Below, one piece after another: positions 1 to 13,049 of a stretch of 64,000 bases of DNA. The stretch is from assembly GCF_006345805.1 (NCBI RefSeq), contig NC_043022.1, forward strand, positions 10,850,001 through 10,914,000. Reading direction: 5' to 3'. A program made the translations under genes and the position numbers. Under the pieces are notes generated by a model. It ran no database searches. It had not been told where the DNA came from and was given only the letters and a program-made list of their open reading frames with translations. Source of the DNA: Octopus sinensis. Lineage: Eukaryota. How positions within the stretch are numbered: the stretch's first letter is position 1; every line of letters begins with the position of its first letter.

Positions 1-169
1 TTGATGCTGTGTATATTAATATACTTGTCTGAACAAATTGATTGTGGGTGTTATGTATTTTTGCGTGCATATGGTGATAGTGTGTGTATAATATTTTATT
101 TCTGTGTGTATAAATGAGGAATGTGGGTGAATGTATAATATAATGTAGATGTGTGAGAGACGATGTGTT

Positions 170-926
170 TATAATAGCAGTGTGTGTGTAATGTTATATT
201 TCTATTTTGTTTGTATGCAATGAATAGTGTGTGTTTGTACTACTCTTGTATTTGCATGTGTGTATATATATGTGTGTATGTATGTATGTGTGTGTGTGTG
301 TGTATATATATATGTGTATATATATATGTGTGTATGTATGTGTGTGTATATATTATGTATGTGTGTGTGTGTGTGTATATATATATGTGTATATATATAT
401 GTGTGTATGTATGTGTGTGTATATATGTATGTATGTATGTGTATATATATATGTATGTATGTGTGTATATATATATATGTATGTATATGTGTGTATATAT
501 ATATATGTATGTATATGTGTGTATATATATATATGTATGTATGTGTGTGTATATATATATATATGTATGTATGTATATATATATGTATGTATGTGTGTAT
601 ATATATATGTATGTATGTATGTGTGTATATATATATATGTATGTATGTATGTGTGTATATATATATGTATGTATGTATGTGTGTATATATATATGTATGT
701 ATGTGTGTGTATATATATATGTATGTATGTGTGTGTGTGTATATATATATATGTATGTATGTGTGTGTATATATATATATGTATGTATGTGTGTGTGTAT
801 ATATATATGTATGTGTGTGTGTATATATATATGTATGTATGTATGTGTGTATATATATATGTATGTATGTATGTGTGTATATATATATGTATGTATGTAT
901 GTGTGTATATATATATATTATGTATG

Positions 927-957
<31 letters not shown>

Positions 958-1989
958 GTATGTATGTGTGTGTTATATATATATATATATGTGTATGTGT
1001 GTGTGTGTATATATATATAGATGTATGTGTGTATATATGTGTGTATATATATAATGTATGTATGTATGTGTGTATATATATATGTATGTATGTATGTGTG
1101 TATTATATATGTATGTATGTATGTGGTGTATATATATATGTATGTATGTATGTGTGTATATATATATGTATGTATTGTGTGTATATATATATATGTATGT
1201 ATGTATGTGTGTATTATATGTATGTATGTATGTGTGTATATATAATGTATGTATGTATGTGTGTGTATATATATGTTGTATGTATGTGTGTATATATATG
1301 TAATGTATGTATGTGTGTATATACATATGTATGTATGTATGTGTGTATATACATATGTATGTATGTGTGTATATACATATGTATGTATGTGTGTATATAT
1401 GTATGTATGTGTGTATATATGTATGTATGTGTGTATATATGTATGTATGTGTGTATATATATATGTATGTATGTGTGTATATATATATGTATGTATGTGT
1501 GTATATATATATGTATGTATGTGTGTGTATATATATGTATGTATGTGTGTGTATATATATGTATGTATGTGTGTGTATATATATGTATGTATGTGTGTAT
1601 ATATATATGTATGTATGTGTGTATATATATATGTATGTATGTGTGTATATATATATGTATGTATGTGTGTATATATACTTATGTATGTATGTGTGTATAT
1701 ATATATGTATGTATGTGTGTATATATATATATGTATGTGTGTTGTATATATATATGTGTGTGTATATACATATGTATGTTGTGTGTGTATATATGTATGT
1801 GTGTGTGTATATATGTATGTATGTATGTATGTGTGTATATATATATTATATATGTATGTGTGTATATATATATATATGTGTGTGTATCTATATATATATG
1901 TATGTGTGTATATATATATATATGTATGTGTGTATATATATAATATATATGTATGTATGTTGTATATATATATATATATATATGTATGT

Positions 1990-2023
<34 letters not shown>

Positions 2024-2160
2024 ATATATATAGATGTATGTGTGTATATATATATATATATGTGTGTATATATATATATATATATAGTATGTGTGTATAT
2101 ATATATATATGTATGTATGTGTATATATATATGTATGTATGTATGTGTGTATACGCACAC
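170..2160. repeat. ~2 kb compound microsatellite (TA)n(TGTA)n(TG)n with ~20-22 bp higher-order periodicity
   Basis: Continuous alternating purine/pyrimidine repeat; source of all the CVYI/HTYI ORFs at 184-2179. Confidence 0.97.
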
Positions 2161-2470
2161 ATGTTAGTATCGTAAGCATTACTGTTGTATTGTCATTGTA
2201 AGGTGGTTGTTGTTGTTACTACAATTGATACTGTAATTAATTGTAGAAGCTGTTTAACAGCTAATTATCTGTTATTTAACAATGAAATTAATTATCTCTG
2301 GTTATTTAAATAAACGGATTAACTGACAATGGTGTCTTTGAAAGATTTCTCTTGCCAACATCCTCAGCTAACCCATTTCCTTCCCTTTGTAATACACAGG
2401 ACATTTCCCCTGATGTCCATCTATCACTTGTGATACACAAGACATTTCCCTGGGGTTCCTCTACCATATT

Positions 2471-2896
2471 CTTTTATTCTTTAACTTGTTTCAGCCATTT
2501 GACTGTGGCCATGCTGGAGCACTGCCTTAAAGGGTTTTTAGTTGGAGAAATTGACCCCAGGACTTATTCCTTGTAAGCCTAGTACTTTATTCTATTGGTC
2601 TATTTTGCCAAACCGCTAAGTTATGGGAACGTAAACACACTGACATCAATTGTTAAGTGATGGTGGGAGACAAACACGGGTACAAACACATAAATATATA
2701 CATATATATACATACACATACACACACACTAACATGATGGACTTTTTCAGTTTCCATCTACCAAATCCACTAACAAGGTTTGGCCGGCCCAAGGCTATAG
2801 TAGAAGATACTTTCCCAAGGTCCCATTCAGTGGGACTGAACCTGGAACCATGTGGTTAAGTAGCAAGCTTCTTACCACACAGCCACTCCTGCGCCT
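2471..2896 (-). mobile_element. SINE family A (tRNA-derived head, octopus OR-like), near full length
   Basis: Reverse complement of a dispersed unit: head GGCGCAGGAGTGGCTGTGTGGTAAG...GGTTCAGTCCCAC (A/B-box-like) and tail GCTCCAGCATGGCCACAGTCAAATGGCTGAAAC. More than 12 related copies in the window. Confidence 0.9.
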
Positions 2897-3591
2897 ATTG
2901 ATACATTTTCCCAATTTTTTCCAACAATTGAAGTAACTTGGGACTTGTATTACTCAGAATGTATGAAGCTAAAAGTCTGAAAACGAGCATGGATGTTCAG
3001 GACAAACATATGAGAATGCTTTGCACAAGCAACGAGATAACCTTTCACCTTTGAGATGAATGAAGACAGTCAGATTCTGCTAGTAAGGTTGTATCAGAAG
3101 ATACTGAGAGAAGGGTGGATAGGTGAGCACCATGTGTTGTATATTGGTTGTTGTTTAGCCCCAGGTCAGCCCAGACCAAGCAGATCTGTGATCAAAAGTA
3201 TTTCACCTGTGACGCCCTCTGTCACCTATGACCATGTTGTCCAATGTCTCTCTCTTTTAAGATGTTAGTGCAATTTTCGAGAATTTGGCTGCTATTTTTA
3301 GCATGTCAAATGACTACATGTAAGCTCTCCCTTTTTAGCTAGCTATGTTTTTGTCAATAAGGGTGTGTGTATGGGTGGGGGTTTATATTTTTCTGTGTCT
3401 CTATGTATTTGCTTATGTTTGCCAGGGCATGTTTGTGTGGGTGGGTGGGTGTGCCAGTAGATGAGTGTGAGGTTTGTAGCTTAGAATGTGTAGGTGTCAT
3501 TACGGGGGTGGTGGGGACAACTGTCTGCTTGTATCTGTATTTGTAAAATAGGTTTATATATGGGTGTTTATTTGAGCATATTCATATGCTA

Positions 3592-3626
<35 letters not shown>

Positions 3627-3686
3627 GTGTAATGTGTGTGTGACCACACACGTACTTTTCTGGGATTTTTTTCCCTTCTGTCTGAA

Positions 3687-3720
3687 CCTTTCTAACGAAG
3701 AGCCATGTTCGAAACGTTAC
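3687..3720 (+). other. degenerate Penelope-type minimal hammerhead-like motif
   Basis: CTAACGA-A-GAGC-CAT-GTTC-GAAA-CGTT. Same layout as 36921-36958, but the core has G5>A and stem I pairs poorly. Confidence 0.35.
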
Positions 3721-4078
3721 ACCCCCCCCATCTTTTTTCATCTTAAATTGAGCGTCACCCCAACACATTTTACTGTGTACATCCTTTTGATGTTTGTTGA
3801 TTTTTTTTTTTATTTTCAATTTGCCTTTCTCTCTCTCTTGCTCTCTCATATATATATGTATATGTACACACGTACACACATACACATATATGCATATAGG
3901 ATGTCACAAACTGTAAACATGAAACACGAAAACAAGAGTTGAATACATAAACGAGAGAAACAAATGGAAAATAGGCCAAGTAACATAAAGAACGACACTT
4001 CATCAGTTGTTGGCTGTCCATCTACTCCTCATTTCGAGCATTACACACACACACACATACATGTTGATGTAAACAGAA

Positions 4079-4495
4079 AGGCAGCGAGCTGGCAGAAACG
4101 TTAGCACGCCAGGAGAAATGCTTAACGGTATTTCATCTGCCGTTATGTTCTGAGTTCAAATTCTGCTGAGGTCGACTTTGCCTTTCATCCTTTTGGGGTC
4201 GATAAATTAAGTACCAGTTACGCTCTGGGGTCAATGTAATCGACTTAATCCGTTTGTCTGTCCTTGTTTGTCCCCTCTGTGTTTAGCCCCTTGTTGGTAG
4301 TTAAGAAATAGGTATTTCATCTGCCATTACGTTCTGAGTTCAAATTTCGCCGAGGTCAACTTTGCCTTTCATCCTTTCAGGGTTGTTAAATTAAGTACCA
4401 GTTACGTACTGGGGTCGATGTAATCAACTTAATCCCTTTGTCTGTCCTTGTTTGTTCCCTCTGTGTGTAGCCCCTTGCGGGCAGTGAAGAAATAA
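4079..4495 (+). mobile_element. SINE family B (tRNA-like head, Nin/Deu-like core) with tandemly duplicated body
   Basis: Head GGCAGCGAGCTGGCAGAAACGTTAGC, B-box GAGTTCAAATTC, core GCCTTTCATCCTTT.GGGGTCGATAAA. The body repeats at 4127 and 4311 (period 184 bp). The Nin-like label is from recollection. Confidence 0.85.
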
Positions 4496-6949
4496 GGAAA
4501 ACATAGCACTGAAAATATGAGTATATATATATTTTTATTACTTAAGTACCAAAGCATGTAACTCTTGGACCTTGAGTTACTCTGTCACTTCTGCTAAATA
4601 TTAATATCTATCTATTTATCTGTGTGTGTGTCTATTTTAGGGTTCAGTCTTGATGTATGGTACTTTATGCAAATGTATCCTTCCACACACATCCCCAGGC
4701 TGACCAAAACCTTATGAAATGACTTTGGTTGATGGAAGCTGAAAGATGTGTGTGTGCAGTTTTTTTTTTTTGCTTTTGTACTTTATGAAAGTTTATGAGC
4801 TGTGTTGTTATTTTGTCAATTGCTTGTTTCATGCATCAGAAGATTTGTGAAATGAGATCCCTTACTCGAAAAACAGGTGACAGGTGACAATACCTAGGTA
4901 GTAGTATATTTATCTCTCAATTATTTTTGTTACCTATGGACCCCTTTTATTTGAATGGACCCTCATGGTTATAAAGGATCTTTTGTTGGTTCATGCTTGT
5001 GGTGTTTTCATACTATGAGCAGTGTGTGGATGTATACACACACATGCACAGAGGTGATCACACAAGTGCAAAACAAGGTGGAAAAAATAGTACTCAAATA
5101 CCAAAGGTAGAGTAATGTGCTTTTTATTAAAGCAGGAAAAATTATCACCAGTTTCACATTCCCATTTGTTGGAAAGTTTTGATCCCAACTGTCTGATGAA
5201 GAGGAATGTGAAACTCAGAGAAACAGTCTTGTGATAATTTTTCAGCTTTAATAAAAGTGTGTGTGTATGCACATACATCTAAAGCCAGTGTTTATTGAAC
5301 GATATCTCATTGGATGGAAAACATTTCTCTTGTTGATCCTACCAATAACAGAACTATCTATCTATATATTTATATAATGTGTGTGTGTGTGGAGATGGAG
5401 ATAGAAGGAGGGAGCTAAGAAATTATTTATTCATCTCTCAGGAAATGAGAACCAGGTCCCAGAATCTGCACATGGCATTTGCTGGCTGTTACTACAGCCA
5501 GTTAATGTCATATGCAGGTTCTGGGGCCTAGTTCTAATTTCCTGATATTTTCTTTTATTTTGTATTAATCCTGTCATTATTAGCTATTAGTAATTATCGT
5601 TATATCCTATAGGTGGGTGTTCAAGATGGCACAGAGATTAAGAAATTAGCCAAGCCTATTTATTTATTTATTTACTTGTGTATTTTTGCTATCGTTTTTT
5701 TTTAATCTTTATTTTAAAAATTTCATTTGGTGGTTCATGTTTTTCTTTTCTTTTTTTTCCTCATATTTTCCCTGAGAATCTTTTGCATCATACAAAATAG
5801 GTCCTGTATCTGAGAAATAAATTTGTAATTTTATATATATATATATATATATATACATACACACACACATATACACGTGGTGTATGTGTGCATTTAATTG
5901 GAGTCCTTTCTTTCTGTTGTTTCGATATTTGGTTGTGTTAATAGAGGTACCAGGCAACAACCAGATGAGATGTCTTCAGTATGGGGATTCTGTTAACCCT
6001 GTCTAGCTATTTGACACTTATATGCACGTCTCTTATGTAAAATTTTCTATAAAGGGCAAGGGTATAACATTGTTTCTGAAAAGTATCGTGTTGAATTGAG
6101 GGGTGCAATTTGCAGTTTAAAATATCAGCCAACTCCTCCACCCGCTTCAAATTACACCTTTTTTCTTTAAACCCTTTCATTTTCATATTTCTGCCAAAAT
6201 ACACTTACTTTGTTCCAATTAATTTTGAAAATAACCAAAAATTTAGTTCAATAATTTTGTTGCTATTAAGCTGGTATTTGGAACATAAATTAACATGAAG
6301 TCTTGGTGGAAGGTTTTAAAGAGGAAGCTTGCACCATAGGACCAAGGGTAGTTAGTCCTGGGTAGGTTGGTATCAACTGGGGCTAAAAAAAAGGGGGGGG
6401 GACACTGTGAATAGTATGGTCGTGGAGGTGCTGTGTCTGAAAGTGAGGTGGAATGGTTAAAGGTCTAGCGTTTTCAATTGCAGATCAACTGGATCAGGAC
6501 TGTCCTAGGGCTAAACAACGACCATATCTCTGATCATCCATTGGTGAATCAATGATTGATCTGTTTCTGTTCATGGCTGGTTGTTCAATGAGAAAAAAAA
6601 GAAAAGAAAAGAAAATGCAAAATCATAAAGTTAGATTGTATCTAAGAAATCAATTAGTAATTATATTTTATATGTTGAACGATGGGTTTTTCTATCCCTC
6701 TTTTTTTTCTTATTAAAAATAATTAAATTGGAAAGGATATTTGACTGGATTGATTTTGTGTTAGATAATGACCAGCTTGAGCAAACTTGCTATCAAATAG
6801 TTGGAGCTTTACACAGAGAGGAACCATGTGAATCTGAGGAGACTTGCAACATGGTTGGCAGACATGCTTGACAATGTCACTCCTTTCACAAGCAAATTCC
6901 TTGGTGTTTTTTTAATTTTTACAGAAGGAACTAGGCGTTATATCTCTTT

Positions 6950-7182
6950 TTTTCTCTTTTTTTTGTTTCAGTCATTTGGCTGTGGCCATACTGGAGCACC
7001 CCATTTAGTCGAGCAAATCGACCCCAGGACTTATTCTTTGTAAACCTAGTACTTATTCTATTGGTCTCTTTTGCCAAACCGCTAAGTTACGGGAATGTAA
7101 ACACACCAGCATCGGTTGTCAAGCGATGTTGAGGGGACAAACACACACCAGCATTGGTTGTCAAGCGATGTTGAGGGAACAA

Positions 7183-7215
<33 letters not shown>

Positions 7216-7386
7216 CATATATACGACGGGCTTCTTTCAGTTTCCGTCTACCAAATCCACTCACAAGGCTTTGGTCGGCCCGAGGCTATAGTAGAGGACA
7301 CTTGCCCAAGGTGCTATGCAGTGGGACTGAACCTGGAACCATGTGATTGGTAAGCAAGTTACTAACCACATCTACTCTTGCGCCTA
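6950..7386 (-). mobile_element. SINE family A copy with internal ~41-bp duplication
   Basis: Matches 2471-2896. The segment ACACCAGCAT.GGTTGTCAAGCGATGTTGAGGG occurs twice at ~7103-7180. Confidence 0.9.
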
Positions 7387-8034
7387 TATCCAAGATAAGC
7401 ATATATTTCCACAAACAAAACAAACCAATGAGGGCATCTCGATATCATGGCTTGATCTGCTAGAAATAGCAACCAAATCTATCTTAAATCATTTTCTGGA
7501 GTTCTTAAAAATAGGAAGACCTCGTGGATAATGTGATAATGGAGTACTAATTCTAATCTTGTCTGTAAAAAGACAGGATGGTCATAGTTGGAATGTATTT
7601 GATAAGTTGGTTGGATCTGGATTGGCTTACGGCAAAACAAAGGCAGTATTGCCATTTTCCTATATTTATGTGTTTGTAAGATGAAGGTTTGACATCTTAC
7701 AAGTCTTTATATCTCTGGTGGTGTATAATCTTTGCATGACGACCAATATCTTCGTGTCCCTCTCCCTCACTATCTCCGCCTGTTTTATGTGTGTGTGTGC
7801 ATCTTTCAATATTTTGCTTAGGCATTACAATACTAATAAGCTGTGTATATGCATAAATGTAAATGATTTACCAAATAAATTGCATTTCAATGAAGCTATG
7901 AGCTGTTATTATCCAGGTTCTCAACTAGGTCCACAGCATTGTATAGCAGAAACGGCTGTAAGCTTATGCAGTGCATAGCATAATTGCTTATTCCTTTGTT
8001 ATTTCAATTTCTTTACATATATTCATTTATTTGT

Positions 8035-8295
8035 TTACATGTGTCAGTCATTCGACCGGCCATGCTGGAGCATCATCTTATAGGGTCTTAGTCGAAGGAA
8101 TTAACACACAGACACCACACACACACACACAATGGACTTTTTTCGGTTTCCGCCTAGCAAGTGCACTCACATGGCTTCGGTTAGTTAGCCCAAGGCTATA
8201 GTAGAAGACACTTGCTGAAGGTGCCACACAGTGGGACTTAACCTGGAACCATGTGGTTGGGGAAGCATACTTCTCAGCACACAACCACGCCTGTC
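8035..8295 (-). mobile_element. SINE family A, internally deleted copy
   Basis: Head and tail motifs are present; the middle is missing. Confidence 0.75.
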
Positions 8296-8915
8296 CCTAT
8301 ACACCCACCCACACACACACATCTAATGTACCTTCATGTAGGTTGTATGTTGAATGACTGCTGCAAAACTTCTCACAAAGAGAAGGGAAGACAATTTCAA
8401 GAAATTAACAATTAATATCCGCACAAATTTGAATTCTCATATTTGGGATAAAAATATAATTATTTCCTTTAGCTTACTTCATGTAACTTATACTGACCAA
8501 AGCTGATTGGAGAAGACTATTATGCTAATGAGGTCTAATAAGACTGAAATGTGCCTACAGATATCACTTTATTTACTAACAAAAATGTTGTCTGTCCATT
8601 TGACCTTAGTTGTAGCAACAGCAGCAGCAATACTGGGACGGTGGTGGTGGTGGTAGTACTGTTAGTTCATGTGGTGGTGGTGGTGGTGGTGGTGGCAGTG
8701 ATTGTGCTGTTACTGCCAAGTCCATTTGGTGGTTTACTTATTGAGAAAAACCATATTTTGTTTTGGTTTTCCAATTCATTTCTTGTACAAATCTAACATA
8801 ATTAGGGTAGGTTTGTTTGGATATTGAGTAGTAGGAGTGTGTGTGTGTGTGTGTAACGTGAATGATTCTGTAGTGGCAATATGCATGTGCAATGGATTAC
8901 GTGTGTGGATGTATG

Positions 8916-8961
8916 AGTGTGTGTGTGTTTATGGTGTTGTATGGTTTGTGTATGTATATAG

Positions 8962-8993
<32 letters not shown>

Positions 8994-9015
8994 TTATGGT
9001 GTTGTATGTATATAG

Positions 9016-9047
<32 letters not shown>

Positions 9048-9205
9048 TTATGGTGTTGTATGGTTTGTGTATATATATATCGATATATATATGTATGTGT
9101 GTGTGTTTATGGTGTTGTATGGTTTGTGTATATATGTATGTGTGTGTGTGTGTGTTTATGGTGTTGTATGGTTTGTGTATACATATATATATATGTGTGT
9201 GTGTT
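8916..9205. repeat. minisatellite, 5 copies of a 49-65 bp unit containing TTTATGGTGTTGTATG
   Basis: Motif recurs at ~8928, 8993, 9048, 9106 and 9155, separated by variable TA/TG tracts. Confidence 0.85.
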
Positions 9206-9499
9206 GGTTGTGTATTTGTAGTGTTGAGTGTGTGAAAGAGAGCATTGGAGGCTGATGTTTTTAGCAGACAAGCTGAAAGAGAAAACAAAACAACCAATCA
9301 TCCTTTAGTTGAACTCAATTAGATGTCTTAAGAGTTTTATCACTTAAAGTCCTGGATAAAGATGGAATGTATTTAGTTAGGCTGTTAGATACTCGAAAGT
9401 ATGTCTTTAATACAACCAGTAATATAAACATAAAGGTTAGTCTATTTTACTACTAAACATGCCAATATTATTTAATTAAACACACTCTTCGAAATAGAT

Positions 9500-9899
9500 C
9501 TCTTTTACTCTTTTACTTGTTTCAGTCGTTTGACTGTGGCCATGCTGGAGCACTGCCTTTAGTCGAGCAAATCGACCCCAGGACTTATTTTTTGTAAGCC
9601 TAGTACTTATTCTATCGGTCTCTTTTGCTGAACTGCTAAGTTACGAGGACGTAAATACACCAGCATCGGTTGTCAAGTGATGTTGGGGGGAACAAACACA
9701 GACATATATATATATATGTATATGTGTGTATGTGCATGTTTGTATGTCTGTGTTTGATATATATGGGCTTCTTTCAGTTTCTGTCTACCAAATCCACTCA
9801 CAGGGCTTTGGTTGGCCTGAGACTATAGTAGAAGACACTTGCCCAAGGTGCCATGTAGTTAATAAGCAAGCTACTTACCACACAGCCACTTTTACGCCT
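9500..9899 (-). mobile_element. SINE family A, near full length
   Basis: (CTTTTACT)n tail, CAGTC-AAAC-GACTG stem-loop on the minus strand, and tRNA-like head. Confidence 0.9.
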
Positions 9900-10991
9900 G
9901 AGAATGTTGTTGCAATATATAGGTATATATAAATCTTTGCTGTTCATCCTTTTGGGGTTGATAAAATAAGTACCAGTTGAGCACTGGGGTTGATGTAATT
10001 GACTTACCTCATCTCCTGAAATTGCTGGCCTTGTGCTAAAATTTGGAACCAATACACAGGTAACTCTAAGGCACTGAACTGGCAGAACCATTAGCATAGC
10101 AGAGATTAAGGACATTAAAGCATTAGCATAGCAGTCATTAAAGACTTTGCAACATTTTATCCATCTTTACATTCCGAGTTCAAATCCTACCTAGGTTGAC
10201 TTACCCTTTCCTCTTTTTGTTGTTATAAGTGCTTTGGAGTCGATGTAACTGGATCGCTCCCTTCCTAAAATTTCAGGCCTTGTGCCTATATTAGAAGGGA
10301 ATACATAGGTAACTAACTATCTCTGCATTCTTGTCATAAAAGAATGTTGAATTAGAGATAATATTAAATGGGGAATGTAAACAGTGCCGAGACTGACATC
10401 CTGTTGAAGATGAGATTTAGATGTATGGTAGGTAACTAAAGAGTTAAGGGAAGTATCTACTTAGAATAATATAAAGCTCCAGGTTTCAGTGTAATTATAA
10501 GAAGACAGCTTGAGGAGATAGCTTAAATGGGTCAGCAGCATGAATTGAGATAATTCAGGTAGGTTATAATGTACACAATGGTGTATACAAAAAGAAAATA
10601 ATAATAATAATAATTAAAGTCTACCTCTTAGTTGGAGAAAGAAGACAAAAGACTTGGTGAATCTCAAAAATAGAGGAGATAATTTCAAGAGATAAATTTT
10701 GCTGGAAATTGTATGTTCATTGTTGGGGGAAGTCATCTGAGCTTCAGACATGTTTCAGTCTTATTAGACCTTGTTAACAAAATATAGTTTACTCAAGCTT
10801 GCTTTGATTAATTGGTAGAGATTTTTACAAGTTATGTGGTCCTTTTTTTTAAAGGATATTCTTGGACTGTTTTTTAAGTAAAGACTGTGTGATAACATTT
10901 CCAATGAAATATCCTGCATATGTAAATTTTGAAAATAATTAAGAATTTGGTGGGATTTAGTAAATATATTACATTTTTCATTACTAAACTA

Positions 10992-11173
10992 GTGCTGGCA
11001 CCAGGTAAAAAGCACCCAGTACACCTTGTAAAGTGGTTGGTGTTAGGAAGGGCTTCCAACCCAAGAAACTATACAGAAACAGATGACTGGAGCCTGGTGC
11101 AGCTGTCTTGGCTAGCCAGCTCCTGTCAAATTGTCCAAGCAATTAAAGCATGGAAAATGGATGTTAAATGATG
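10992..11173 (+). mobile_element. family C repeat (RTE-like 3' end, (GAT)n tail), degraded
   Basis: GTGGTTGGTGTTAGGAAGGGC...GCATGGAAAATGGATGTTAAATGATG; same family as 38336, 45131 and 62613. Confidence 0.7.
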
Positions 11174-12191
11174 TTTGGAATATAAGAAAAGATTCTTATC
11201 TACACTTATAACATTTTTAATTTAGACAGGAGCAATTTGAAATGGACAGTTTTGTATCATAAAACCAATAGCTGATGCAGTTGGGTTTTTAAAGGGTTAA
11301 TGCTATGATATATTTGAATATCTGTGACCCTTCTATTATTCCAATTGAGGAGCTCTTTCAGTTAAATTTGAGAGAAAACAGAAAAAATTATGTGTAAATC
11401 TATCAAAACACCCAAGGGAGTTTTTTTAGCTGTGCAGTGTGAAAGATAAAATTTATTCTCCCTGCTTATTATATCAGACATAAGATTATTACTGGTAACA
11501 TTGCCAGATAATTTGGTTCTTTATTCCCAGCAGATAAAGCAAACTAAGGTGTATAGAATGAAGGTGCTGGCCAAAAATACACTACAAAATTCCTGCAGTG
11601 CATTTGAATTCAAAAAGTATGGCTTGGCAGTTCATTTCCATATCTATTTGGTTTCTTAAGCATCTTACTTATCACCAAAACTTTTTTTTTTTTCACACAT
11701 ACTCTAAAACAAAATTGGCATTTCCCAGACACTTCTTCCATCCACTCCAGTGCCTAGAACCTGTAAAAGAATGGAAGAACTGGTTTTTTTAACATACCAT
11801 TGTGTATCAGATATTTCTGACTTTCTTTGATGGCGTAGTGGTGGTGGTGGGAGGTGGAGTTAAAGAGAGGTAGAACTTATTGTAAACAATGTTAGCTGTT
11901 TTGCCTCCCTCTTTGGTGTTTTGAAATATAAAGAAAGCTGGTCGGTCAGTCAGTTGGAAGATTCCTGGAATGTACAGCATGCTGACTAAATCTTTCTGGT
12001 AAATTCTGATCTGTGTTTGGGTTAATTGGGCCCTATTGAGTGACACCTTAGTTGTTTTTCATTAAATACTTAAGCTTATCTCTGTGCACTGAGTAAAAGG
12101 GTGGGGTGTATACTACACAAAATATAGGGAATATAACTGAACACAGAGGTTGTAAAATACATGATACTTGGTGTGTGTGTGTGTGTGTGTA

Positions 12192-12664
12192 CATGAGGTG
12201 GTGCTGAAAAGTTCCTGGCTTTGGGTAAAAGAAAAATACGTAAAGATCAGTTAATTATGACTTTATTCAACATATTCTTTAAAATAAAGCTGGACCTCTT
12301 CCTGTTAAGTGTCCCAGATGAACCAACTCTTCCTGTTAAGTGTCCCAGATGAACCAACTTTGCGGCAGGAAGTGCAGATGAGGGCAGCTGCATCAAACTC
12401 TCTCATGCACCAAATGTCAATAACTAAAAAGCATTTGTGAAGTAAAATTATGTAGCAACACCAAATGGCGGTGCCCCAGCATGGCCACAGCTTGTGAGCT
12501 GAAACTAGATGAAATAAAATAAATAAATTCTCCTCTCAGATTCACACACTTATTGCAGCAGTCCTTCAGTTTTTCTAAGCCCTTTAAAAGAACTCGAAAG
12601 GTTAGGCCTCCAGCCAGGCCTTTCATGACACCCTTAATGCGAGAAACTTTTCAGCACCCCCTTG
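12192..12664. mobile_element. non-autonomous mariner-type element (MITE-like)
   Basis: Imperfect terminal inverted repeats GGTGCTGAAAAGTT (~12200) and AACTTTTCAGCACC (~12645), flanked by TA. Confidence 0.7.
12289..12525 (+). mobile_element. 5'-truncated 3' fragment of the CR1-group LINE, nested in the mariner-type element
   Basis: Reverse complement of the LINE 3' ends at 38.9 and 45.8-46.0 kb (encodes ...VPDEPT.RQEVQMRAAASNSLMHQM). Ends in GGCGGTGCCCCAGCATGGCCACAGCTTGTGAGCTGAAACTAGA plus an (AAAT)n tail. Has a 31-bp tandem duplication at 12296-12357. Confidence 0.85.
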
Positions 12665-13049
12665 TATATATACACATATATAAATACACACACACACACA
12701 CACACACACACATGCATATTACACATATTCAAATATTAAAGGTTAAACTAAACAATTGGTAATTCTCCCTTTTCCTGTGTGTGTTTTATAGGTGCAGGGG
12801 TGGCTGTATGGTTAACTTTGCTTCCCAAATACATAGTTGTGGGTTCAGTCCCACTGTGTGACACCTTGGGCCAATCAAAACCTTGTGAGTGGATCTGAAA
12901 GAGGCCCACTCTATATGTGTGTGTATATGCATATATATTTTATGTGTGTGTTTCTATATGTATATAAGTCTATGTATATATACATGTATATGCATGCACA
13001 GGGTCACTTATACACACTCTTAGTGTAATTTACTAAAACAAAAGCAAGG

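Noticed and set aside
184-2179. Long ORFs of 270-570 aa (CVYI/HTYI-rich), and similar ones at 8.8-9.3, 14.2-14.8, 17.3-17.8, 22.6-24.0, 31.8-32.2, 37.0-38.4, 45.4-45.9 and 54.1-54.6 kb
   Set aside because: They are translations of TA/TG/GA microsatellites, which lack stop codons in several frames.
2958-3125. Apparent exon with a good GTGAG donor (MNEDSQILLVRLYQKILREGWI)
   Set aside because: No long consistent frame, and part of it (AGTCTG..AGCATGGAT.T..GGACAA) recurs at ~33450, which indicates a dispersed repeat.
5193-5228. CTGATGA-A-GAG...CTC..GAAAC hammerhead-like string
   Set aside because: GAAA is displaced from stem II by extra bases and stems I and III do not form; at best a heavily decayed remnant.
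6764-6872. Possible terminal plus-strand exon (DNDQLEQTCYQIVGALHREEPCESEETCNMVGRHA*)
   Set aside because: Only a moderate acceptor, no recognisable homology and no partner exon; indistinguishable from chance.
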